64,000 nt of DNA. Origin: Utricularia gibba. Its lineage: Eukaryota > Plantae > Magnoliophyta. The notes beneath the pieces were generated by a model that did not search any database, had not been told where the DNA came from, and worked only from the letters and a program-made list of their open reading frames with translations. A program made the position numbers and the translations under genes. Positions 52,601 to 64,000 of this stretch are shown here, one piece after another. The stretch lies in NCBI GenBank assembly GCA_002189035.1, contig NEEC01000004.1, positions 4,278,001-4,342,000 of the forward strand, in the 5' to 3' direction. Position 1 is the first letter of the stretch, and every line of letters starts with the position of its first letter.

Positions 52601-55284
52601 TCTTGATTCACCAAGCCTATCTGCTGTCTGAGCCATTTGAGATCAAGCTCCCGGATATCAGTTCCATCAAGTAAAATCTGCCCTGCTAGCGGCTCATAGA
52701 AGCGTTCTATCAGTGATATCACTGTACTTTTCCCCGAACCACTACCTCCGACGAGCGCTACAATCTTCCCCGCAGGAATTTCCAGGGAGAGTCGGTTAAA
52801 TATCAAGACGTCGGGACGAGATGGATATCTGAAAACTACATTCTTGAACCTGATTTGCCCATCAACTTGACTCAATTTCCTACCATTCCCAGAGCTAGTT
52901 TTACTCACTGTGCTCCTCTCAATCATCTCAAAGATGGGAAAAGCAGCCGCCTTCGCTTTAAGAAACGCCGTGACATCTGGCGCTGCTTGCCCCAGTGACC
53001 TTTAAAACAACATAACCCGTCAGATACACTGAGTTCGCTGTAACTAAACCAAGGAAGATGAAAACTCACAGGCCAGAGATCACCACATTGAGCATAGTGG
53101 TGAAGGAGTCTCCACCATTGGCGATTCTCTTGTGAACGACGATGCTTGTAAACCAAACGAGCAATGCCCACGACAGAAACAGAACGCAGTGCAATGTCCC
53201 TAGCCCAAGCCCCTTCGCCAAACCTGCTCTCCTCCCATACTTGTACGTCGTTTCCAGAGACGACGAGTACAGCTTAACTGCCTTCTCTTCACCAGAGAAC
53301 GCTTGCACTGTCCGTACATTTCCAATAACCTGAAACAACAACAACAACAACAAAAAATCACAAACATCCAACCAACAAACCGGAATCAACTGTCCATTAG
53401 GGCAAGTCAAAACTAACCTCCTCGGCGATTTCGCCCGCTTTAAGATAAGACTTGCGAACTCTGGATATCAATCCCGTGGTCACATAAGCGTAAACTCCGC
53501 CAGCAAGGACGATCAACGGCAAGATAGAGAAAGTGACCAAGCTGATCTGCCATACTCTGATGAATCCAATCCCAAATCCAATCACGAATCGGCTCACATA
53601 ATGCAGAAAATTTCCCGCCTGATCATCCAATTGAAATAATAATAATTATAATAATCAAAATAATAATTAATATATTTGGCACCCACATATCTAATAATAT
53701 ATCATTTAAAACGGAAAAACATTATGTGAAAAAAATGACTTTACTATATGTAATTATAAAAACTTGATCGTGATCATTTTTCTAAATTATCTTTTTGTCA
53801 TCCCATTTTCAAAAATTATCAATTTGTACCCTTCTCTTTTCATAATATCCAATATTATTACACACTAATCAATAATACGATGAATAATTTCTAATTATTA
53901 TTATTCTTATATTTCTTACACAATATAAAAACAGACATGAAATCATTTCCAATATTAACCATTGTGAAAAATAAGTACACAAATTGTAAGCTTTGGAAAC
54001 AAAATTACTGCAGTTAAAAAGTCCTTAATCTATTTAGAAAAATTGATCATATTAAAAATAAATAAATTAGTAAAATGGCATATTTCCCAAGAGGAGGTGG
54101 CGATGAATTCCACAAATGAAATCTACTCAGAGGGCCCACCGATTAAATGCATTTACTTGCGACACGTGCCTCCCTTTTGCAGATGCCCCCCTCCAATTAA
54201 ACATTAAATGCACTTTTTTTAATTTTTATTTATTTGCATTTACTGAGTCATCTCCCCATCCCCCTTTCCCAAAAGGGTTTGGAAAGAAAACAATAATATA
54301 TGATCATTATATTATAAACAGCAAAAAATACCCCCAGTTAATAATTAATTCTACAGCTCAGCTTGTAACCACCCTCCATTCCTCTTTTTTCGCCCTTTGT
54401 CATTTAATTTTGTGTGTGTGTGTGTGTGTGGGTGTGGGTGTGTGTATTTGTTTGGTGCACAGCACATACTGACTGACCTTCTCGGAGATGGCGTCCTGTA
54501 CGAGAATGATGTCGTTGGTGATGGCGGCGATGACTTCTCCGGTGGAGGCCTCCGTGTCGAAGGTGCTGATGTCTTGGCGCAGCATGCTCCGTACGTAGGC
54601 GATTCTCATCTTGGCGGCTTGCCGTTCGCCGGTGTGCATCCAGCAAGCCACCTCTGTTGTTCGGTTCACGGTAGATTTTAGGTTTTTTACAGTAAAAAAG
54701 AAGTGGTAACTGGGTTCTTCTTACCTATCCATGAGGAGAAGAGGATCGCGATGCTCAGGTACAAAAAATCCAGCGAAAACTGGGGACACAGGTGAGAGGA
54801 AAATGCATCAGAAAACAGTAGAAAAAACGGAATGCAGACGCAAGGAGGATAGGATGATCTGATCCACCCCCACCCCCACCCCTAACAGTGCATCACAAGT
54901 AGAAAAAACGGAATGCAGACGGAAGGAGGATGATCTGATCCACCCCCACCCCCACCCCCACCCCTAATACTGCATCAGAAGTGGGAAAAATGGAATGCGG
55001 ACGCAAGAATCAAATAATGCATTGGGCGGCCAGCTTACCTCGGCGACTTGGTGAGAAGCGCTGTGGGGGTTGCGGAAGGCGAGGCCGATGACATTGATGA
55101 TCTTGCCGAAGTAGACGAAGAAGACCGGAACCGAGGCGCCGTGGACGCAGGCGCCGAACGATCCCGCGAGCATGAGGAGGCAGTCATACCCGTCCGCAAA
55201 GGAGAAAAGCTTCATCATCCCCACGGTCCTGGGCTTCCCCTGCTTCTCCTCCACATCGGAGTTGGTCGAGCATTCCGTACTCAT
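49665..55284 (-). CDS. ABCB2: ABC transporter B family full-size (MDR/PGP, ABCB2/ABCB10 clade); apparent 1-nt frameshift in TMD2
   Basis: [29 protein letters not shown]1 GGSGSGKST / LSGGQKQR / [14 protein letters not shown]2 GQSGSGKS / LSGGQKQR / [12 protein letters not shown]-terminal polyQ and TGA at 49667-49665. Confidence 0.93.
54410..54444. repeat. (TG)n microsatellite, interrupted, in an ABCB2 intron
   Basis: tgtgtgtgtgtgtgtgtgtgggtgtgggtgtgtgt seen directly. Confidence 0.85.
54804..55010. repeat. About 81-bp tandem repeat (about 2.4 copies) with (CCCCCA)n tracts filling ABCB2 intron 1
   Basis: AGAAAAAACGGAATGCAGACG…GATGATCTGATCCACCCCCACCCCCA…CTAA..GTGCATCA.AAGT starts at 54820 and 54901; a degenerate third copy starts near 54983. 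Confidence 0.9.
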
Positions 55285-55333
55285 CCCGAAGAAGAAGAAG
55301 AAGATCAAGGGGGTCGAGAATCCTCCCAGTAAC

Positions 55334-55361
55334 AGAAGAAGAAGAAGAAGAAGAAGAAGAA
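55334..55361. repeat. (AGA/TCT)n microsatellite in the ABCB2 5' leader
   Basis: About 9 AGA units, 50-80 bp upstream of the ABCB2 ATG. Confidence 0.85.
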
Positions 55362-58094
55362 GGAACAGGAGAGAGGGGTGTTGGGCGTTAATGAATATGT
55401 AGCGTGTGCATGATGCCGGGCGAGGGTGTGGACCGGCCCCCTTCCGGAGAGGTGAAGTGCGGTGCGGTGAATGAATGAAATAATAATGGAGCTCCCTTTC
55501 CTTTCCTTTCCTTTCCTTTCTCCTTCTTTTCCTCTTTTTCTTTTTTCTCTTGTGTGTGATTAGGTTTCCTGGAATTGTTGGTAGCGAGTTACTTCCACAC
55601 TCTTCTTACGGGTGCGCGCGCATTCATGACTTCACCTACTGCGCCCCCATCGTCGTTGGAACTCATTTTTATCGTTAGATTTTTTGGATTTTTTTTATCC
55701 AATTGTTTTTTTAAAAAATGTAAAATATCCATATATACTTAAAACTAGGAATTCAATATGTAAATGATCTCATCTTATATTATTTTTTCAAATAACCTCA
55801 ATGATTAGCATTCAATTTACTTGAAATGTTTGTTATTTATTCAATTCCAAATAGTTTAAAGTACAACACACGATATGATCTCTACAATTCTTTTAATATT
55901 TTTTTATGCAAGGTCAAATACCCATTTAAAGTATCCCATATAGATTATGTGTGAGAGATATGATGTACTTAAATATAAATACTTTGCTAATTTTAGATGA
56001 GATTGTTTACTTGAAAGATGAAAATGTAAATCCATGAAGATTGAATAGTTAAAGCGAATAACATCATGTAAAATAATGATGGATCATGTAAAATATTATG
56101 AGATTTTATCATATTTAAAGAATGTGTTTAATCAATTATTCTCTGTAATTATTGATTTAAATTAAACCCTTTTATAATTAGTTGGATCAGGTTAAATACT
56201 TTTTAATTATATATTAGAATGTTTGAAAAAAATAAAATTTATACTTTATTTATGTTGAGCTGATTTATTTATGAATTTAAATTGAATTGAATTCACGTTT
56301 TTAAAACACCACTTTTTATCAGTAAAATACACTGACTAAAATAGATCTCCTCTAAATTACTTTGTTTCCTAAGATTTAATTAAAACCCATATACATGTAT
56401 CTTTATTAAAATTAGAAAATAAATTATATATATATATTAAATATAAATTAAAAAATACTTTTATCTGAATGCCCAAAAATGACTACATGTGGATGGATAT
56501 TCGCCACCTGGCCTCCTCTCTTCGTTTGTTTTCATGGTGATGGAATCTCAAATATTCCGCGACTTTCTAACACATCACTCATGTGGCTTTTACTCCATAG
56601 TTAAAGACGTGGTGGACCCTTTTACCCTTTTTTACCATGCTTGGAATCCTAATGGGAGTATGATTTACAAATCTAACCATCTTGTAATATTTATGTAATA
56701 AAATTGGTTAATTTCAATATAATTTCTTTTTTTTTTTCGACCGCAGATGGAAAATGGTCGGAGAAAATAAAGATTAATTTTACCAAATTATGAAACAATG
56801 AAGATCAAATATACCCGACTTTTAAATATTTGAGAGGTATTTAAATATTGTGGATAAAAATGATTAAAATAAAAAATGATGACTAAATATATATATAATA
56901 CGTTAAAATTTGAAAATTAAATATATGAATAGGAACTAATTATACAATTTTAATTAAACATTAGGAACTACTCATGTCAGTTTTATTAAATAGTGGAGAT
57001 GTTTGTGATCGAGTGCCCAAATTAAATTTTATATTTGATTAAAAAACACGATTTCAGAAAAAATGACCATGGGAATATTTCTTTTTAGATTAGTGGTTTG
57101 TGGGATGGGAGGGGGTAATAAATAAATAAATCAAATAATATTTTCCTTTAGTTGTTATGAATTTATAAAACTCAAATATGCCCTATTTAATTGGGTTGCA
57201 GGATAATAAATATTAATGGATGGGAATGTCTCACATGAATAAATAAATGCATAAATGCAAAAGAATTATTTTGCTTGATTTTATTCATAAAATGAGAAGG
57301 AGATCCATCATGAATTCCATTGATGGGAAATGAAGCAACTGCTTGATTTATTTAATTCAATTATCTTCTCTCATTTTCTTTTTGATGGCAGGGTTTATTT
57401 AATTCTCATTTTTATATTATTTTTATGAATTTGAGCAGGTGTGTATTAAAAATCAAGTCTCTTTAATCAATATATGTCTTATTTGTGTATAATTATTTCA
57501 ATTATGCTTTTTAAAACCTTTTTCCACATTATTTTTCTTAATTAAATATTTTTTCTATTTGATTAAAAAATATATATAATATAATATTATTTTAAATACA
57601 TATTTCTAAAATATGTGTACCAATAATGCTCTTAATTTTAATTATATTTATCTATCCATAAATAATATATATATTATTAATTAAATTATCTTGCCTAATA
57701 TTCCTCCTATTATCACTCTATTTGATAGCATTCTTTTACTAACAATATATTTTCAATAAAATTTATTTATTTATAGATTTTACACTTACATATTTAAAAG
57801 AATATTATTTTTAATAGATATATTTGGAATAAATAATTTATAATAATTAATAATAAATGAAAAATTTACTATTAATTCTCACTAAATTGTCTTGCTTAAA
57901 AAATGAGGTGAATTTTAAAATAATTAATTCAAAGTATTTTATAATTATCTTGTAAAACAATAGTGTATGCATTCAAAAACATATTTATTAAACATGCATT
58001 ATAATCCAAACATCTAAATACTTAAAGGATATTTGATATTATAGTATAAAAGATTTATACTTAAAATTACACATAAACTACTATTTAATTAATT

Positions 58095-58096
<2 letters not shown>

Positions 58097-58126
<30 letters not shown>
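58097..58126. repeat. (AT)n microsatellite
   Basis: About 15 AT units in an AT-rich intergenic region. Confidence 0.9.
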
Positions 58127-58129
<3 letters not shown>

Positions 58130-59095
58130 ATGTAGTTATAACATTCACATAATCAGATTTCTATTTTATGCATAGAGGACGTTAATTATATCCATACTAC
58201 TCATATAATTAGATTTTTATTTTCGAATATTAAACGTTACATACAATTTAATATATACATGCTAAATTACCTTATAATTAAACATATTAATATTTTAATA
58301 TCAGCGCAGAGGCGACGCGTTGTATAAGAGAGATATGGAGGTGGGCACAGAATTAGCAGCCATTTCCCGAACCGGAATTTAGAGGTCGCACCCCTACCGC
58401 CTACCACTACGCCCGCTTATTAATCCGGTAGTTGAGATGATGATACACGAGACACACAGCACAGAGGCGCAGTTTTTTTGCCCTTTTTTTTTCCCCCATC
58501 TCTCAATAATTAGTTTAAATGTATTTAAAGGAAACGGGTGGGCTTATGGTGGTGGCTGGTTGAGTAAACTGCTAGTGTGCCCCTAACCCATGTGGCACGC
58601 CGTGAAGATCATTCACTCCTCTCCCTGTATAATGCAACCGTACTTATAGGCATTGGACCGGGTTTTTATTCCCCTTTCTCCCCTTCCTGTCAGCACACAA
58701 TTAACACACAGATACATGATTTTGTTCCCTCCCCCATACTTTTGACTCCTCTGGGATCCCCTACATGCACCTTATACAGATCTGCATTTTTCTAGTATTT
58801 TGAATGAATGATACGGATGGATGCACCATAAACAGAATGAATGATGGCATGCCATTCTCATCTCACACCATTTTCTTGAAATGCAAAGGTACTATACCAG
58901 GGTGAATAATTGATTATGGGAGAAAGATGTGACCAAGAATATGAATGTGTTGACCCCGAACACAGGTAGCAGGGTTTCCATGACTCAAACAAAGCAAGAG
59001 AAGGAAGACAACCCCAACCTTCATCAAAGGAGTGCTACTTTCACATATAAGAGTTTACATGGGCTGTGGCCCAGAGAAGATGTAGTTACTTGGTA

Positions 59096-61843
59096 TCACA
59101 GAATCCTGTCCTGGAGATCGGTTAGCAGGGAGGAGGCCAGTGAGCTTAACTTCCTACCAGTTTCTCCTGCAATGTTCTTCAGAGAGGAGATGTCTTGTTG
59201 AGCCTGAAACAAGAAAAGGATTGGATGCATGAGTAGAAAGTCGGTTTTGAGTAATAAAAGGGGAAGTGGTTAATCGATACCTGGAACGAGAGTTTGTTTA
59301 TGAGCTCACTGGCTGCCAGATCAACAGAGGAACTTGATCCATTGCCAAAGAGATCAGCACTGGAGATTGAGGATGAACCCTAATGCAGCATAAAGAAACA
59401 AATGAACCAGCAACATGATGAAAAGAAGCTTTCTTCCTAGTGCTAAAATAACAGCAGAGCATGGAACTGTGTTGCAGACGTGACACTAATAATAAGGAAA
59501 TCCTCCAAGATTCAAGAACCAATGTCACGGAAGGTTACTCAATGCAACCACTGCTACAATCCAAAAAAATCTTTCAGCAGAGAAATAACAAAACAAAATA
59601 AGAATAGAATTGAGACACATGACCTACAGAGAACTTTTGCAATGTGACTGACGCATCCACATTGCCGTCCTTGTTTTGATCACCAAAGAATTGGGCGGAT
59701 GAAATAGATTTTGCATTTGAGAACTTCTTTCTTGCTTCATCTGTTTCTTCTACCTAAAGAAGACAAGCATGACATTAGATATATTACATAAACTCACACC
59801 ATCGAGCGAAATTGTTCTTATGTATGGTCAATGGTGGCAGAATTCTGGCTGGGATTAAATACACGAGAACAACAACCTCATAATCTATTCTCACTAGGGT
59901 TGGTTGCAAGAATATCATGTTACTAGCATGGTTTTCCAAACACGTCATTAGTGGTTAAGAATAATGACGCAGCTCATCTTACGAAACTAACAGCATTAAG
60001 AGCAATATTTCAGACCAATCTTAGGTTTGTAAACTAGATCTTTCCCTTACTTGTACTTTTGTTGAGTTCGAGCTGGTCTTCTTTGGGAAGCCACTGTCCA
60101 TTCCATATTCACTAAAAAAATTTGAAGACTTTGGAGCAGACACGTGGCTAGCAACATAGACTCCCCCAGGACCAATCTCAGTTGGTTGAACACCGTCTGT
60201 GTACTCAAATCGTGTTGGGAAAGATTTCACAGGAACGGAGGCAATGTTAGCTGAGGTGTTTGCTGAAGGTACTTGTACAGGCGGTTCCTCAGGTGCTTGG
60301 TCATAAAGGCTTTCATTTGGCTGCAATGAGAACAAAAAATAAAATAAAATAAAATAAAATAAAATAAAAATAAAAGTTCTTGTAAGAACATACCTTAGAC
60401 ACGGATAGCAACTTCATAAGCAATAATAATTATCTTATTTTGTGCCAATCTAAAACATATTCTTGCACCCCTCCTTATGAAATGACATACACAAATGAGC
60501 ATGGATGCCCAGAATATCCTTTTCTAAAGCCATGAAGAACAAGGCTAACAATTACCTTGGCGGTCAGTTTTCTAGCCCCAAGACCACCAGTTTTCCCTGT
60601 CTTCCTCGTACCAAGAGATTTCTTCACAGAAATTGCAGCAACACTTTGAGGGGCTTTTGTAGAAGCTGAAACATCAGAAGTCCCATTTTTCACAAGGCTT
60701 TCCTTTGAAAGACCATCAGAGGAATCAACTTTCGGATCTGCGTTAACATTGGCATCAGAGAACCCATTTGAAAAATGTGTTGCCTGTGGAGCAACAGGAG
60801 ATGATGGTAAACCAGCCTCTTCGGCATTGCTCTTAGAAACTTCTTTTACAAGCAGATGCCTGTATAACTGAGCAGCCCTAGAGGTATATTTAGCCTCAAT
60901 CTTGCCTCCATCAGTCCATCCATGTTGTTTGAAGAACACTTGAGCACGATTATTTCCACCAAAGCACATTGTCTTCAACTGCTCAGGGGTCCAAGAGTCC
61001 ATGCCCGTTGACCTACAACAGCATAATTACTCTATTCATTCCCCAGAAAACATTCTCTTAACCGTCATGGATGAGGGTCGTAGGATTGTGTTGATCCAAT
61101 ATAACTTGAAATAAAATTAACATGCCTATCAGTTGACTGCCGAAAAAAAATGATATAATCACGACTATTACAATTCCCTAAAAATGTATTTTTTTAACAA
61201 ACAGGTGATGCGCCCAATTAGCATTTTTTTTAGTTCGAGTTGACTTCGGCAATTAGCAGTTAGCCGTTATGAGTCATGATGCATAGACGTGTCAGGATTC
61301 ATTCAACCAATATAAGTGTCGATTTCGAAAGATGAAGATACGAATATGGCTTCTACAATATAGCATCCCTCCACCACGCATCCACACGGATCTCAAACAG
61401 GAAGGATTTTCTATTGATGTACGGACAGAAATACTCACATTAAACATAAGAAAACGAAACGCTGAACATCACAGCACGCAAATCAAGCTTTAAAAAGTCA
61501 ATGAAACACAACAAAAATAAAAACTGAAGGAATTAGACACCTGATAAAGCTGACGTGAACGCCGAGGCTCCGATGAATCCCAGAACAATCGATACAAAGA
61601 AAGATCCCGTAGGTCACAGAAGCCCAATTCGGGTTTTTGGCGTTGCAATCGAAGCACATCTACAACAAGACATCATACCATTTCATGAAAAAAAAAACGC
61701 AACATAAAACCCAGATCTGAATCAGATCCCGTTATTAGGCGAAGCATTACATCCGCGCGGAAGAAAAAAATCACCTTATTCTCCGCCTTGGATTTGAGCT
61801 TGCGGAAAACCGCGTCCCTGTCGGTGTAGTTCTCGGTAGCCAT
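59096..61843 (-). CDS. AGD8: ADP-ribosylation factor GTPase-activating protein AGD8/9/10-like (Glo3-type ARF-GAP)
   Basis: [23 protein letters not shown] | [40 protein letters not shown] | STGMDSW…[15 protein letters not shown]; GGLGARKL; [16 protein letters not shown]; [12 protein letters not shown]; ends DLQDRIL* at 59096. Confidence 0.93.
60336..60371. repeat. (AAAAT)n microsatellite in an AGD8 intron, forming the polypyrimidine tract on the minus strand
   Basis: About 7 AAAAT units just before the minus-strand acceptor. Confidence 0.8.
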
Positions 61844-63413
61844 AACCCGATTGCTTGATCGATGACAAAAGAAACTACGAATACAAGGAGGTTCCACACA
61901 CCAACGAGATCAAGACTCCGAGGCAATTGCTCCAGAGATAGAGAGAGAGCAAGCGGCGCTCCCCCCTCGCAAAGAAATCACAAAGCCGGCGAGTTGGATG
62001 AATTCCTCCAACCGAATTTAAAATCCCCAAATCAATTTCCCGTGCAAGTTTAATTGCTCCATGTATTTTCCTTTTTTTTTTTTTTAAAAAAAGAACCCTC
62101 TTATTCCGAATTCCCAAATGTACGAACAAAAAAATATTTCATCCCACGAAGCCATAAATGGTGTTAGTTATAACAACATCTATGCGTTTTATAATTGAAT
62201 TTTGAGAAAATAATTGTCAAATTTAAAAAATAAAACCAAATAAAAATGTCAAAAAATAAGAATCTTAAACCTGTTTTGGGATGATGAAGCGATGAGATTA
62301 GATTAGAAGATGATAATATAACTGTTACAATTTTCTTGTAATATAAATATAAGATAAAAGAAGTGTAAATAAGAGGTGGTTTGACAACATTAATATATTT
62401 AAATATATTATAATTGAATATATATACATTCAGTTGTATATAATATTTTATATTTGAAAATAAAAATCTAAGTATATAAGTGATATATATAATTAGTTCT
62501 TTTCTCCATTTATTTACATTACTCATTTGTTTAAAAAATTAGTATATGAATAATATAATTATATGAAACTATTATATATATGTTAGTTAATCAAATAGCA
62601 TTTATTGATAAATTTGAATATAAATCTTATATATTGTATTATCAAACATCCTCCAAGTGTTCTTCAATACAAATTTTTTTCTTTTCAAATTCATATCAAA
62701 GCTCAAGCTTAAACTTATATTCAAATTCTTACTCTTTGTTTACTTTGCTAATTACCATATTAGAATGAAAACTTTCTAACAAAACTAGAATATTCTAATT
62801 TCAATGGTTTTTACCATAGTTTTTTTATCAATAAATAAATATATATATAACAATAAAATAATTAGAAATAATTAACTTTAATACATATGTGATTATGAAA
62901 TAATGACATAATTCCATTAATCATACATTTTAAATTCTCTTTATGAGTTTTCTTGATAAATGAGGTTTTTTTAATTTAATATTATATTAAATATTTTCTA
63001 AATTACTCATTAATTTCCTGAAACAATGATGAAGATTAGAGAGTGGTTTAGAAATGATTTACTATTAATGGAGAAGAGGGCTACTATATTTATTATTATT
63101 TTTATTATTACTATTATTGATGATAATAATAGCAATTCTCCAGTGTAGTTGGAACACTTTTTACCTTCATTTCGGCTCGTTTTACCCAAAACCACTTACC
63201 TCCAACAGAGAAATAAAGGAAGCTAGGGTTTTCAAGGAACTCTCTCACCGGAATTTGAAATCCCTTTGGTTGGCGACAACGAAACTACTGACTGATTTCG
63301 AGGAGGCAAGACTTTTTCCCGTCTCCTTTGGTGTGTGATGTTGCGGAGTGCAGTTGACTGACGTTCTGTTTGCAGGAGGATCTGAGTTGTAGGACGAGAG
63401 GAGAGGAAGAAGG

Positions 63414-63518
63414 ATGCAGCGGGGTTCTATTAGAAACCTGGAAGACCGCCTTGCCGCGTATGGGAAGTCGCTTCTCGATCCGCCCACTTCGCGAGATGAA
63501 CTTCTGAAGCTTCTTGAT
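63414..63518 (+). CDS. PDS5-like: First exon of a PDS5-like sister-chromatid cohesion protein (gene runs off the window)
   Basis: MQRGSIRNLEDRLAAYGKSLLDPPTSRDELLKLLD then GTAAGT; resembles the plant PDS5 N-terminal pattern LE..L…G..L..PP.S.DELL.LLD. Confidence 0.75.
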
Positions 63519-63601
63519 GTAAGTTCACCCCAAAGGCGAGATCTTTTTGACAATCGCTTACGGATTGATGTGGCTGAGGAAATTCAAGTCGTTGTTCTTG
63601 C

Positions 63602-63656
63602 GGTTGCGTGATTTATGTAGGATTAGGGTTTAGGGTTGCGTGATTTATGTAGGATT
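63602..63656. repeat. Tandem duplication of a 24-nt unit joined through a telomere-type motif
   Basis: GGTTGCGTGATTTATGTAGGATTA occurs twice; the junction reads TTAGGGTTTAGGG. Confidence 0.8.
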
Positions 63657-64000
63657 AACCGAGGAATTTTATCTTAAGGGCTCGTGAAATTAATGCAGGA
63701 GACCTTTGGCTGTGTGTTTCTCCTTGGCTAGATGTATTTTTAGATACTATGTAGAGTTTCTGTGTACAGGGTGACGTACACGGATTCAAAATTAGGTTCT
63801 GTAGAGTAATACATGGTCATCATCAAATATCCGCGGCGTATCTTATAGGAAATATCATGTTTTGTTCGCATCTTTGCCTTGAAGTTTTTTGCATGGTAAA
63901 GTATTGTTTGAGAATCGTGAATGTGATAATCCTTCTTTACTGTAAGACCCGTTTTTTATAGCGAGGTTTTTTTGATTTCACATTACGTAGGATGATTGAG

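Noticed and set aside
55488-55498. GGAGCTCCCTT resembling a miR159/319 arm
   Set aside because: Match stops after about 11 nt and runs into a (TTTCC)n tract; no partner arm.
58303-58323. Weak hairpin after AT-rich DNA as a Helitron 3' end
   Set aside because: Stem is short with a wobble, and no CTRR terminus follows at the expected distance.
58337-58358. miR394-like sequence GGAGGTGGGCACAGAAT (miR394* or target mimic)
   Set aside because: No mature miR394 arm nearby to form a hairpin; as a mimic it mismatches miRNA positions 2-5 and has a 2-nt rather than 3-nt bulge.

Overview
Gene-dense, intron-rich nuclear DNA from a eudicot plant (inferred from GT-AG introns, plant-specific gene families and AT-rich spacers; species not determinable). 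I can assemble 13 protein-coding genes: BODYGUARD-like alpha/beta hydrolase, ABCF3/GCN20, a YSL1/2/3-clade transporter, a GPI-type GH17 beta-1,3-glucanase, an ABIL-family SCAR/WAVE subunit, XTH group III-B, CSLD2/3, an RCD1/SRO1-like WWE-PARP-RST protein, JMJ706/JMJ13, RAD1, ABCB2-like, AGD8/9-like ARF-GAP, and exon 1 of a PDS5-like gene. Two eroded pseudogenes lie head-to-head and are not visible in the ORF track: a DPM2 relic and a SYP22-type syntaxin relic. Five otherwise intact coding positions are each one base short in a G/C homopolymer, most likely a sequencing or polishing artefact. Other points of interest are a divergent F-C-C PARP triad in the RCD1-like gene, a G-quadruplex-bearing tandem repeat filling ABCB2 intron 1, and several promoter-like or exon-like islands with no assignable gene. 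I found no convincing new multi-gene system, tRNA, rRNA, CRISPR array or autonomous transposon. All family assignments rest on motifs and reference sequences recalled from memory, not on database searches.
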